Position numbers and translations under genes: made by a program. From Geosiphon pyriformis uo1 (taxonomy: Eukaryota > Fungi > Glomeromycota): a DNA stretch of 64,000 nucleotides. Location of the stretch: assembly GCA_016748015.1 (NCBI GenBank), contig JAAOMT010000460.1, forward strand, positions 26,820 through 90,819. The letters are read 5' to 3'. Below the pieces are notes generated by a model. It saw only the letters and a program-made list of their open reading frames with translations. It was not told the origin of the DNA and ran no database searches. Below, piece after piece: positions 1 to 13,382 of this stretch. Position 1 is the first letter of the stretch. Each line of letters begins with the position of its first letter.

Positions 1-244
1 CTTTCTCAAATTTTTTTCTTGATTGATTATTTTAGAACTATTCATTCAGGTTTCGATTTGAATTAGTTAATATTTTATGTACATCAATTTTCAAAACTAT
101 AACTAAAAAGCAAATTAATCATTGTTCGTCATTATTAGTTATATGAGAATCTAATTAATAATAGTTAAAAAGATGATTAATTGCTTCCAAATTCAAAATT
201 TCCGTTTAAAATCGATCATAATTATTTCATACGTTCAAAAAATG

Positions 245-245
<1 letters not shown>

Positions 246-340
<95 letters not shown>

Positions 341-356
341 TTTAGTTAGTTAGTTA
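246..356. repeat. (TTAG)n tetranucleotide microsatellite
   Basis: Near-perfect run of ttag units seen directly. Confidence 0.95.
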
Positions 357-942
357 TTTAATTTTTTTTCTGTCCTAACGGTGAAAAAATTTTTTATTCC
401 CATTTTTAGTAATTTTCCTTACATTGAGAAAGGTTAATTGACTTGAAATTTTATGACTAAATTTCGGAGTGCATGAAAGGTTTCAATTTTTATTAATTCA
501 AAATATTTGAAATCATTTTCAACCGTTTCACCCGGTTAGGAAGATGAAAAAATGAAAAAAGGGGATCAGAGATTTGAAAATTAATTACATAATTTTTTAA
601 TTAATGAAATATGTTTTTATTATTATTAAACGAAACAATATTTTTGACTTCAAATAATAAAAACTTCATTATTATTATAAGGGACTTTTAATTTTACAAC
701 TTTCTCATAGATTGCTTGAACGCTTTTGATGTCAATTTATCGTAAAAACTATAAACAAAATTTCCAATATCTGATTGTAAACTTTGATACGCTTCAAATA
801 TTGGAAACAATCAAGACTTATTATTCATCATAGTAATTGGTACAACATTGCTTTAATTTTTTTTTTATTAAACAATAAATTAATAAAATTTAGTTTAGGA
901 TACAAATCCAAAATAAATAATTTCACGCTTAAAAATTGATTC

Positions 943-943
<1 letters not shown>

Positions 944-1008
<65 letters not shown>
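944..1008. repeat. (ATT)n microsatellite
   Basis: Perfect tat/att run; similar runs occur near 5215, 6604, 7925, 8890, 10250 and 12160. Confidence 0.95.
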
Positions 1009-1010
<2 letters not shown>

Positions 1011-1897
1011 CTAGAGTTGATGATAATAGAATTGCTTTCGAACAATTTTATTCCTAACCTCGCTATCAAATAGTTTTTCCAATTCAAACCAAGTCCTCAA
1101 GGTGAATTGATATGAACTTGAAATTTCTTGCGATCCGAAATCACCCCGCGATGATCAATGATAGGTGGTTAGGGTTAGGGAATTAATAGATAAAAAACAA
1201 AATCCAGAAGAGCTATTCATGAGGAATAGTATTATATAAGAATAGTAAACAATTTATTTTCATGGTGTACAATCGGGACTTTTTTAAACAGAATAAAGTT
1301 CCCATATGGTTTAGTTTCGTTTGTAAAATACAAGATTTTTCTATAAATAATCAATCTTATATTATATTAGGTTAGTAGAAAAATTTGAGAATAATGAATA
1401 TTAAAAAAAAAAAAATTTTTTTGGGATGAAAATGAAATCTAAATGTCCACATTTGGAATAAAGTGTAACCAAAGCGTAAATCAACAAAGATGCAAGTTCT
1501 TGAATGGAATTGGGAAGTAGCAATTAAGCAGCGGCCAATTGGTTTTAATTTTTCACTTCATTAAACGAATATTTGATAAGAGTTTATGTACAATTTTTAG
1601 ATTTTTTTTATTAAAACATTCACAATTAAGAATTTTACCAAATAACAGATTCAATGAGTAAAAAAAGTTAGTCAATATTATTTTTTTAAAAAAAAAAAAT
1701 GTATACCATTACCATGACTGTTTTTTTTTTTAACAATAAAAAATTTCTCATTGAAAATTTCCTTATATATCTCAAGCGAATCGGGTATGCTTTCCTAATT
1801 TTAGAGAAAAGGTTTAAGTTAAAATTCCTAAAAATGGTTTATAAGGGTTTAATGATGAAGTCATCTATCTTGATTCTTGAGAAATGAGAATCATATG

Positions 1898-1953
1898 AAC
1901 AACAACAACAATAACAACAACAGCAACAACAACAACAACAACAGCGGCAACAA

Positions 1954-1995
<42 letters not shown>

Positions 1996-2040
1996 CGACA
2001 ACAAAAACAACAACAGCAACGGCAATAATAATAACAACAT
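1898..2040. repeat. (AAC)n compound microsatellite
   Basis: aac/agc/aat run; explains the poly-Asn ORF 1877-2068. Confidence 0.9.
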
Positions 2041-3143
2041 TAATTCAATCATTCATGTCCCTTATTAATCATATCAATTAAAATTTTTTCGATAGATGGA
2101 TAAATTGTAGATTCATAATTGATTAAATATATGTCACACAGTTTATAAAAAAATATTAATAGAAAAGTCTAGAGACCAAGTTTTTACTAATTATAATTCT
2201 CAATTTTTCCTCCATTTAATGAATCTTGAGATTTCGAACAATTCGGGAAAAAAATATTAAGCTGATATTTTTTTACATAATCAAAATTTGGTCCGAATCT
2301 TTTTTTACAAATCGAGTAACGCCACCAACGTGTCTAAATAATGATTTTTTTTCTGATTTTCGCCTTTAATAATAATTCAATTACCTGACTGAATCAAATT
2401 TCAAAAGATCAAAGATTAAATGATTTATAAAATATATTAAAATCATTAAAAGGCTCTAGGACCTTCTAAAAGTTTCTGAAATAGTCTAACGTGAATTGAT
2501 ATCTTTTGAAATCAATCTTAATTTTATGCGGAACAAAATCTGTGATTATAAATAATTTCGGAGTTACAAATTTTAAAGAAAATAATTATCTGATTTTGGT
2601 TCTGCGGCACGTGAATCTATTCTATTCCTTTGGATCAAACCGAATATCCTATAAGCGAAAATCTTTACCAATAAAGTTCTTCTAGAAGGACACAGGACAT
2701 AGACAAAGACACGGACACAAACATGAAACCGTATTATAGCATGCGATATGATTAGCTAGAATTCTAATCAATAAAAAAATAAAAATAAAATCAAAAAAAA
2801 AGGTTCAAATTATTTTATAATACCTAAGCTCTTGAGACTTCCCTTTTCAGACTTTTAAAAATGGATTATCGATGATATTCTTTGAATTCACGATTTATTA
2901 TGATGCAATGATTTTCAGAAAATTCAGAATTTAGTGAGTCTAGAACTTGACCCAACCGGACCGACTCATTTAAAACCAATAGTATGTATGAATTGAATGA
3001 TTTTCTAAATATACGTACATGGGAAATCTTGGCACTGGTTTGCAAAAAAAAAAAAAAATTGAAAATTGAAATACCGATTTCAAGCTTAGTATAGATAGTA
3101 AAATTAAATTTTAAAATATTCGACCGAGAATTGTCGTTTTTCA

Positions 3144-3297
3144 TTGTTATTGTTGTTATTTTTATTGTTATTTCTATTGTTATTGTTATTGTTATTTCTA
3201 TTGTTATTGTTATTGTTATTGTTATTGTTGTTATTTTGGTTGTTGTTGTTTGGGTGGTTGTTATTTTAGTTGTGGTTGTGGTTGTGGTTGTGGCTGT
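3144..3297. repeat. Degenerate (TTG/TTA/GTG)n simple repeat
   Basis: attgtt and gtggtt units; explains the Ile/Val ORF 3131-3316. Confidence 0.85.
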
Positions 3298-4190
3298 TGA
3301 AATAAGAATAAAATAGAAACTGATTTTATCTAGATTCTATTCTAAATTTCTGAATTTCTGAATTTTTTTTCAACTATCCATTTTAGATTTCATCTGCATG
3401 AAAAGAAAAGGAGAAATTTTTTTTAGGAAATTCTTTATTTAAAAAAAATAAAACTAGATTTCCCTTTTCTATACAACCACCCCTGATACCAAAAAACTTT
3501 GGGCAAATCGAATTGTTAAACCGGGAATTCAAGGATCATTCGGACCTTCTTTGAACTTTATTTTTTTTATGGGTTCGTTTGTGTAACAGGGGTCTAAAAA
3601 AACATTTATTCTTTTTTTTTTTTTTTTTACTTTAAAGCGATCACAACTGATATCTAGGATAACTGTTAATATTTAATAAGGTTCTAGACTTTCCCAAATA
3701 TCATGGATCCACTTACTTGTTTATAAACTAATTTTTCTAAATTGCTAATTTTTCGATTAAAGGAAAGAATTCAAATTCTTTTCATAATAAAAGATTACTT
3801 TCCATTCATCCTTGCTCTTTTGAATGATGATTGATTACTTCCATTCTTGGTCTTTTGAATGTATTTGATGTTACAAACTACAGTAGATTGGACTGCAAAG
3901 CTTTCCAATGTTTTTTTTTGTTTTTTTTTTGTTTTTTTTTTTTTTTTTTTTTTTTAATTTGCAAAATGTAAATTGAATGTTTACCTCAAGATAAAATCTT
4001 ACCCATTCAAGAGAACAGAGACTTTTGGACTTTTTTTTTAAAGATTAATATTCTCGTCAGGCTTTGCTCATTAATATGCACCTATTTTATTTTTAAAAAT
4101 TTCAACTGTCGTGTTACTATTACGAATATCTAGAATTCTCTTTCAAAATCCAAGCGGAAAAAACAAACTTGAAAGAAATAAATTTTTTTT

Positions 4191-4958
4191 NNNNNNNNNN
4201 NNNNNNNNNNNNNNNNNNNNNNNNNNNNNNNNNNNNNNNNNNNNNNNNNNNNNNNNNNNNNNNNNNNNNNNNNNNNNNNNNNNNNNNNNNNNNNNNNNNN
4301 NNNNNNNNNNNNNNNNNNNNNNNNNNNNNNNNNNNNNNNNNNNNNNNNNNNNNNNNNNNNNNNNNNNNNNNNNNNNNNNNNNNNNNNNNNNNNNNNNNNN
4401 NNNNNNNNNNNNNNNNNNNNNNNNNNNNNNNNNNNNNNNNNNNNNNNNNNNNNNNNNNNNNNNNNNNNNNNNNNNNNNNNNNNNNNNNNNNNNNNNNNNN
4501 NNNNNNNNNNNNNNNNNNNNNNNNNNNNNNNNNNNNNNNNNNNNNNNNNNNNNNNNNNNNNNNNNNNNNNNNNNNNNNNNNNNNNNNNNNNNNNNNNNNN
4601 NNNNNNNNNNNNNNNNNNNNNNNNNNNNNNNNNNNNNNNNNNNNNNNNNNNNNNNNNNNNNNNNNNNNNNNNNNNNNNNNNNNNNNNNNNNNNNNNNNNN
4701 NNNNNNNNNNNNNNNNNNNNNNNNNNNNNNNNNNNNNNNNNNNNNNNNNNNNNNNNNNNNNNNNNNNNNNNNNNNNNNNNNNNNNNNNNNNNNNNNNNNN
4801 NNNNNNNNNNNNNNNNNNNNNNNNNNNNNNNNNNNNNNNNNNNNNNNNNNNNNNNNNNNNNNNNNNNNNNNNNNNNNNNNNNNNNNNNNNNNNNNNNNNN
4901 NNNNNNNNNNNNNNNNNNNNNNNNNNNNNNNNNNNNNNNNNNNNNNNNNNNNNNNNNN
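4191..4958. other. Assembly gap (N run)
   Basis: Run of n characters. Confidence 1.
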
Positions 4959-5212
4959 TATTAATGTAAATTTTGAAGATACTAATTTATTATCTTTGAG
5001 AATTTCCGAGATTTCTGTAAAGAATACTATTTTAAAACTCAAAAAAGGTTAGAAGAAAAAATAATGACAATTAATAGTTGATAAAAAAAAACCGTTTCGA
5101 AATATCAAAGATAGTTATCTTTATCTTTCTTCATCATAGGAAAGCCTAGAAAAAGATGTTGAAAATTTAAGAATTAGGTTGTTTAAAAATAAAAATAATA
5201 AAAATAAAATAA

Positions 5213-5271
<59 letters not shown>

Positions 5272-5608
5272 TTATTATTATTTTATTATTTATCATCGTC
5301 AACATTATCATTATCATTATCATCAAACATATTCAAACTTTTATTTTGGCCATTTGTTTAAGGGTGAAGGATTTTGATCTAAACTTTTTTGTTTCATAAA
5401 ACAAAAAATATACATTTCAATTTGTAAGTAAAAATTTCATGAGTTACCACATTTTATCATAAAATTTGATGATTTGATTGATTTTAGTTATTCGATCAAT
5501 GCTGATATGTTATCGTAAAAAGTAAAATGAAATTTTCAATATATTGAACTCATATTGGAAAAGATTTTTCAAATTACATGCATATAATCATGACACATGA
5601 TTGAGAAC

Positions 5609-5628
5609 NNNNNNNNNNNNNNNNNNNN
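5609..5628. other. Assembly gap (N run) next to a long poly-A tract
   Basis: 20 n characters followed by an A tract to about 5708. Confidence 1.
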
Positions 5629-5664
5629 AAAAAAAAAAAATAAAAAAAAAAAAAAAAAAAAAAA

Positions 5665-5710
<46 letters not shown>

Positions 5711-6603
5711 CAAAATTTATATTTGATAAGAATTGATGATTTTTTTAAAAATAAAATTTTTTTAATAAAATTTTTGAGTAAAAGTAACTTTAAAAAATGA
5801 TCAGGAATTGATTGTTTTATTTTATTTTATTTTCGATAAAAAATATATATTTTTTGAAAATTCATCAACATACTCAAGAATATATTTTGTCAAATATCGA
5901 ATGAATGAATGAATGAATGAATATATGACATGTGCACGGAACTTTTTACTTAAAAAAGACACAATATACATGTATCATAATTAAATATATATATATTTAT
6001 ATTATAAAAATATTTGATTCTTTTTTCAGGAATTTTTATTTTGAATTTCAATTCCAGTTTCAAATAGGCTTACCATTTTTATCTCACACACATATAAAGA
6101 GAATCGACTTTTAATTCATAATAAAATGCCAAAATATTTTTCGATCAAAAATCAAAATGTTTCCAAATCAAATAACAAATAACAAATATTTGAATATGAT
6201 TTATTTATTTTTTGAAAAATTTCTAAACTCCCCAAATGAATAAAAATTCTATTCCTCGAATCGACTTGTGATCGATTGATTTTGTAACAATCAAAATATA
6301 TTTGTCTTTCTCCACCTTTTTATTACTGAAACAAATTTAAAGTTAAAGTTTTCTCACCTCCTAAAAATATCTTCAAACACAAACATAATCACCTCATATC
6401 ACGTCTTTTAATATATATATATATATTTTGCCAAAAAGTAACCCCAGAATTTTTGTAGAACAGAAGATTTTTAAAGAAAAATAATAAAAAAAACATGATA
6501 CACCTTTTTCTTGTGGGGGAAGGAGGGGTCGGGGTTAGCATTAGAATTTGTTGATGATAACTAAATTCCGAATATATATGTTCAAAATTTTCCATTTCCT
6601 TTA

Positions 6604-6666
<63 letters not shown>

Positions 6667-6752
6667 CATCCCATTTATCCATCCATTCATCCATCCATTC
6701 ATCCATCCATCCATCCATCCATCCATCCATCCATCCATTCATCCATTCATCC
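6604..6752. repeat. (ATT)n followed by (ATCC)n microsatellite
   Basis: Seen directly; explains ORFs 6389-6778 and 6548-6763. Confidence 0.9.
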
Positions 6753-7924
6753 ACAGAGTATAAGCATGAATTAGGCAATCAAAATTAGATGTTCTTTGAG
6801 AATCGATTACACACGGAGTTTTACGGAAAATAATTATATATTTGTGATTAAAGAAATTGTTATTGAAATATTGACCTTAGCACATGAACTTTAGTCTTTT
6901 AATGTTTTAGTTTTTATTCTTATCTCTTGGCGTTATACTAACCCCGATTATTAAGGTAAAAGAAATTCCAGACTGTTCCTTGTCAAAACGGTCAATTACA
7001 AATTTTTTTTAAAACTACGTTATTATGCTTCATTCTCTTCGATAAGGTTCATTTTGTCATTGCGCCAAACATAAATAATCAAACCATGAATATTTACACT
7101 GTCCAGTTGAGGAAAAACAAAAAAACAAATATTGATGATGTTAAGAAATTTTTATACACTACCGATCAAAAAATAAATAAATAAATAAATAAATATTGGA
7201 ATTTCTTTCCCTGTGAAGATTATCAGCTGATATGGTATCTATCAGCGGAGGAGAAAATCTCTGCCTCTTATGATAAACTGGGTGAACCACGAGAGAAACA
7301 TGAGCATTCAAGAAATTTCTGGGATTTCAAATATTGGTCGAAAGAGAGAAAGATTCTACATGATTTTCTCTTCCGTTTAGAATCATAATCACAATTACAA
7401 AATCAATCCTCATAATATTAGATGGTTTCATGATAATAATAAAAAATGATGACTTTGAATATACATACATACATACATACATACATACATTTATTTCTTG
7501 AAAATTTTTTTAAGGTTTTATTTTGAAATTTTTTAATGCCAACTATTATGAAAACTGTCTTTCAACTTTCTTTAAACTTTCTTTAAAAAAGTCCCGATTT
7601 CCGAGAAACTTTATTAATTTTCCGCATCATGAATCGCTTTTTGGGTTTCCTGATTTAGCCATGACTATTTGTTAACGTAAGTTTTTAATGTGTTAATTCG
7701 AAAATCAATTATCCAAAAAAAATTTCCACGTATTCGAAATCTCGATTTCATAGATAATTTGACATTAAAGTTTTAAATCATGTGTATCTGCATGATAAAT
7801 GAAAATTAGCAATTTGATAATTGTGTGATTTATTATTATGGTAATGATAAATTCCCATGAGATTTTAAAAATATACATGTAAAATAAATTCCTAAATAGG
7901 ATTCAACATACATACCTGTTTCCC

Positions 7925-7976
<52 letters not shown>

Positions 7977-8938
7977 TCATTTATATTCATTTTAAACTAG
8001 GTTCATTGATCAATTACCAATCGAACCGTAAGCATGGTTCGAAAAATTACCATCACTAGAAATAAAAAATAATAAAGTCTTTTTTAATTTTCAGTTTGCA
8101 CACACACTTTTTTTTTTTTTCTTTTTTGAAAATTCTAAATTACCAAAAAAAATTTAGTTCACTTTTTTTTTTAAAATTTAATATTTTTTTCTTCTCACAC
8201 ATAACTTTAATCTAATTTAAACCATTCACAACATTCCTTATAAGGATGTTAAATTTCATCATCATGATCATATTGATTCAAATTTCTCAGAAAAGTTTTT
8301 GATTAATTAAATTAAAACTTTATCACAAAAAAAAATTTCAAATTTTTCATTTCAAACCTTTTTATTATTGTTACGATTATTAAAAAATATAAATAATTAT
8401 GAACTTTTATGGGACCGAATATGAAATATATGTTTAATGGTTCACCATAAAAAAAGTTTTGAATTTGAAATGAAAATAAAAATTATCCGTCATATGACAA
8501 ATTTTCAAAAACTAAAATATTAAAATTTATAAATTAAATAAAGATTCAAGATAAACCATTTAAAGTTTTAATGATATCTTATGGTCTTTATGAATGAATT
8601 TTAAGTTAGCTAAATTTTTTAAGATTTACTTATTTTTAATTTTGTACTTTTATTTAGATCGTGAAAAAATTATCGAGTTAAAAAAAATTGTACCAATATT
8701 TTTTTCTAAATAACTAATGATTTGAAAATTCTTCTTAATTCTTCCTAATTTAATCTAAAATAGTGATTAAAAATTTAGAGAATTTACGTGATATAAGTTT
8801 AGGTAAAATTCTGGAACGTAGTAGTTTTTTCAATATTATTACGTATAATTCAATTTCGAATGATAATAATTTAATTATATGAGAAAATTATTATTATTAT
8901 TGTTATTGTTTTTGTTGTTGTTGTTGTTGTTGTTGTTA

Positions 8939-8982
<44 letters not shown>

Positions 8983-10251
8983 ATTATTATTATTATTATT
9001 ACTATTATTTATTAAATTATTGTAAAGAATTCGAAAGAATGTTTTATCATTCATTTATTTAAATTTGTCAGGCTTACATGAATTAAATCATTTTATTTCT
9101 GATGAAATCAATTTTCTGATAGGTTCTCTATGCAAGCCAACCTTCTTTTTTAATGCAGTAATTCCATTACAAATGATCTGTATCACAAAATATCTCTTTA
9201 TATATTTATTTTCCTTCATTATTGTTGCTGATATTGTTCCTCTTGTTTAGGCTTTCAAAATAGAGAAATTTTCGGTAGCTATACATAACCCAACGTCTAG
9301 CGTTTGGGGAAGCTTTCTGCATAATAAATTTGGTCCTTTACTTGAATGATTATCATGATGTCGACAATCAAAAAGGATATCAAATATCTAGTTATTCAAG
9401 CTTGCCTGTATAGGATGGAAACGAAGTCCGAGTGTGGTTGATTATGGATTAGCACTTGATTTTAAGATCCTATTGAAAATCTTTTTATGTTTAGTTCAAA
9501 AGTTTTTTTGTTTGGATTATCAAAAAATATATTTAGAAATTTTTAATTAAAATATATATTTAATGATTTATTTTTTTAGGAAGGCTGTTCTTCGAGAATC
9601 ATCATTTTTGGTAAAACAATTAGTCTATTTGAGAAAGTAATAAAATCTGAAGTTAAATTTAGGATATTTTAAATCCTAATTCTAGAAAACTTTGACTTAT
9701 TCCATAAACCTTTAATTTTTTGTAAAATTGCCCACTATTTAAAGACCAAATTAACTTATTTTTCAAAATCTAAGAATAGAAAGTATTCAATTTTTGATAG
9801 TTCGAAATATTTCTACAAAAAAAAAATTATCAAGGAATTCTAAAAAGCAACAAAAAAATTTTTTCCTTGTTCTTTTTCTCCTAGGACTATCAATCATTTT
9901 TTAAGTAAAGGATGACTACTATTTAAAGTTTTAATACGTCAATATTTCATATTTGGCTAGAAATTAATATCATCATGGGTAATTTCTTTCCAAATTTAAG
10001 TAAAAAACTTTTTTTAACTTATATACGAATATTGGTAATTGTTTTATCCTGTCAATTCTTTCAGGTAAGAATATATTTTGTCCTTAGTCAGGTTTTTTTG
10101 AGAGAAGAAATCCATAAATATTTTTAAAGAGCTTTTATTAATGCACATCAAAATTGGTTTAAAAAAAATGAAATTTTTGACTCATTTTGTAATTATTTAG
10201 GTATCACAAAATTACATTTTGATATTTTGTGGGTCATAGTTTACATAATTA

Positions 10252-10304
<53 letters not shown>

Positions 10305-11283
10305 CAAAACTCATTTCATCACATTTTCAATCATGTTCAACAAACTTTCACTAAAAGTATTTCAAAAAAAAATAATAATTAAATATTCCAAACTTTCTTA
10401 ATTTTCAATTTCAAAATGTCAATCTTAATTAATCGTATAAAATATTTTAATTTAATTTAATTAATTATATAATACAATTAAAACCTTCTAAACTTCTAAA
10501 TTACATTGTATTTTCGATTTTTAGAAAATTAAAAGAGTTTCATTCATCCAAATATAAAATAACGATATCAAAAAAAAAAAAAAAAGTTATTCAAATCTAA
10601 ATATATATTTCGATAGTTGTTATTAAAAAATTAATGTCATTTTAAAAATAATTTATAATAAAAAAAAATGTTGACCATGTCATTAAAATTTTATTTATCT
10701 TTTATTTATTTATTTATTTATTTATTCATTCATTCATTCATTTCCTATCCTATCCTATCCTACAGAACTTTAATCAATTTCCCCATAAGTGATGGAAACT
10801 TATTTTTCCTTTGAATCGTTCGTCTTCCTAACGAAAAAATTTTAAGGCTATTCATATTGAGACTCAATTCAAAATAAACAATTGTTTTTTTTTTTAATAT
10901 CATTTGCTATTTCAATAATAATGAATGAAACCCAAATCATTTATTAATAGAATTCTGAGACTATTTCATTATTATTTTGATTAAAGATAAATAAATTTTT
11001 AATAAATTTTTTATTACTCTTGCTGAAAATAAAATCTTTTAAATCACCATTTCGATCTTTCTTAAATCAATTTTTTTTTAAATGGGCTTTGTTTTACTTA
11101 AAAAAGTTAAATAATGATACTTATGGAAAAATAAAGTTTCATGGCATTGACAATCAATTTCTATATAAAAATTATCAATATTTTTTGTCTTAATTTCATT
11201 CTATTTACTGACTACGATTTTTATGTGGCAAAGAACAAAGGACAGCTCAAAAAGGAAGATCAGTAACCGATTAATCGATTACA

Positions 11284-11982
11284 ATGTTTATAATTGAAAA
11301 TCTTGCCTGTTTTATAATAAGAAAAAACAAAATTTTCTCCCTAATGAACATAATCTCAGAGCTACCACTCAAGATTTCTCAGGTCATCGAAGAGAACGGT
11401 GGCCTCCATCAAATCCTATTAAAATGTATCGAGAAATTTATGAAAGATCATTTAATGTGGAAGTGTAACCTTTTTAAAACAATCAAAGCTTCCGCCAAAA
11501 CTAATCCATTTGATTACGCTCATATACTCGCCTTCTGTTACCACAACGCTTTTGGCACTCGTCTCGACAGACACGCGGCCTTTGAGTGGTACGGATGTTC
11601 GGCTGAACTTGGAAATTCTTTCGGCCAATACATGATTGCATGGTCTTTTGAATATTCCTATACCGTAGAAAAAAATCTACCATTTGCATTTGATTGGTAC
11701 CTAAAATCAGCATCGAAAGATAACAAACTTGCCATTAAAAAACTTGGCCAAATATTCAGCCCTCATTATTTTCAAATCTGTGGGAGGAAAAAAGAATTCG
11801 GCTTCTTTGAGAAAACGGCTGAATTTGGAAATAAAATTTCAATGAGAAACATGGCAAAATGTTTTGAGTCAGGGCTGGGTACAAATAAGGATATTCATAA
11901 GGCTATATTGTCCTATAGAGCTGCCATGAAAAATGGTGACCTTATGGCAAGAGATTACTTATACTCTTTATTGGCAATTTAG
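11284..11982 (+). CDS. Sel1-like repeat (SLR/HCP-like) protein, single exon
   Basis: Intact 232-aa ORF with Sel1 consensus units (LAFCYHNAFGT..D...AFEWY..SAE.GN; IAWSFEY...VEKNL..AFDWY.KSA; MAKCFESGLGT.KD..KAI..Y..A...G). Higher GC and CpG retained. The start could be 11344. Confidence 0.88.
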   Translation: MFIIENLACFIIRKNKIFSLMNIISELPLKISQVIEENGGLHQILLKCIEKFMKDHLMWKCNLFKTIKASAKTNPFDYAHILAFCYHNAFGTRLDRHAAFEWYGCSAELGNSFGQYMIAWSFEYSYTVEKNLPFAFDWYLKSASKDNKLAIKKLGQIFSPHYFQICGRKKEFGFFEKTAEFGNKISMRNMAKCFESGLGTNKDIHKAILSYRAAMKNGDLMARDYLYSLLAI

Positions 11983-12187
11983 AGTATGAATTTTCATGAT
12001 TAAAAAAAGATTTTTGATTTAGATGGGATTTTTTAATCCTTTTTCTCATCAAAAAAAGATTGCACCCAAATTTCGTTTCTTGATATCTCCGATACGGCAT
12101 GATTTTTAATGGCAAGAGACTTTTATTTCTTATAAATCCATTCTTTCTCAAAAGAGTCTGATTATTATAATTATAATTATAATTATA

Positions 12188-12226
<39 letters not shown>

Positions 12227-13382
12227 CCCTTGCTTCCCAGTTTTTCAAGAGAATTTTGTTATATCAAAAATTATCTTTTTTCACATATATGAGAAAGTTT
12301 TGAGTTAGGATTCCGAAAAATTAAGCTCTGGGAAATGAAAAGAGAAAGGATAATGCTCCTATCTATCTACTCGTTCATGAACCCAATAATCATTGTAAGC
12401 GTAAAGAATCTTTTTAATACAAAATGAGAATTTAATGAAAGTAATATTATGAGATGTATATTATTAATCTATAAGATTATGCTTGACTTAGTTATAATGA
12501 AGAAATGTCAAATTGAATTTTAATCTTTTAACTAAATTATTAAAAATTACATTTTTATTTTAAAACATGACAAAAATTATCTACATTATATATATTTTTG
12601 AAAAATAAATATTATTTATGCTATTAATTATGCTATATGATATATACATGTTTCATAATAAATGTAAATTATACATTTTCTACATGTAATTAACTAATTA
12701 GATTTATATCAAAACTACTTTAAGTTAAATATTTTAAATGAGTTATCTGTTTTTATTTTTAAATATATATTCATTTTAAACTTTTTTATTTTATTTTGTC
12801 TTTCATACATATATTTTTAGATTTTGTTATCTTATTAACATATTTTGTTACAGAAACAATTATATTAATTACAATTAATAATATTTTTTATATTAAATTT
12901 ATTAATAAATACTAATATTTAAACAAAATTAATATAATTGTTTATTCTTACAACTAGTATTAATTTGCTTAAAAAACTAAAAAATAATAATTTATTTTTA
13001 TATGTTTTAATTTCTTATTTAATTACTTTATAAAATATCAAAAATATTCTGAAAATTTTTATAATATTTATTCTTTTTTTTCTAAATAAAACAGATTTAT
13101 TAAAATATTAATATATAGAATTTTTAAAATAATATTAAGAAATTTATAAAATTAATTATTTCTTTTAAACAAATATTTAAGTAATTTATTATTATTTTTA
13201 TATTATTTACAAATTAACAGATTAATAAAATATTTTAACTATATATTATGTAAAACTTTAATATTAATAAACAATAAAAACAAACAAAAATTAGATATAT
13301 TTATATTTTCTGTATTATTATTTATTAAACAATAAAAAAAACATTGTTTAATTTACTTTATACTCTTTGTTTTCTTAATTTT

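Noticed and set aside
246-356. (TTAG)n, and two TTAGGG units near 1169-1180, as telomere
   Set aside because: The position is internal with unique flanks. TTAG is not the usual fungal TTAGGG, and two units can arise by chance.
7210-7350. GC-richer island with a small hairpin as an ncRNA or exon
   Set aside because: No recognisable RNA family motifs or supported reading frame.
1699-9250. Short track ORFs (poly-N, poly-L, poly-I/V, X-filled)
   Set aside because: They are translations of microsatellites, homopolymers or N-gaps, with no domain signal.
12090-12130. Partial duplication of the Sel1 gene 3' end (shared atggcaagaga)
   Set aside because: Only about 11 bp match exactly, which is not convincing.
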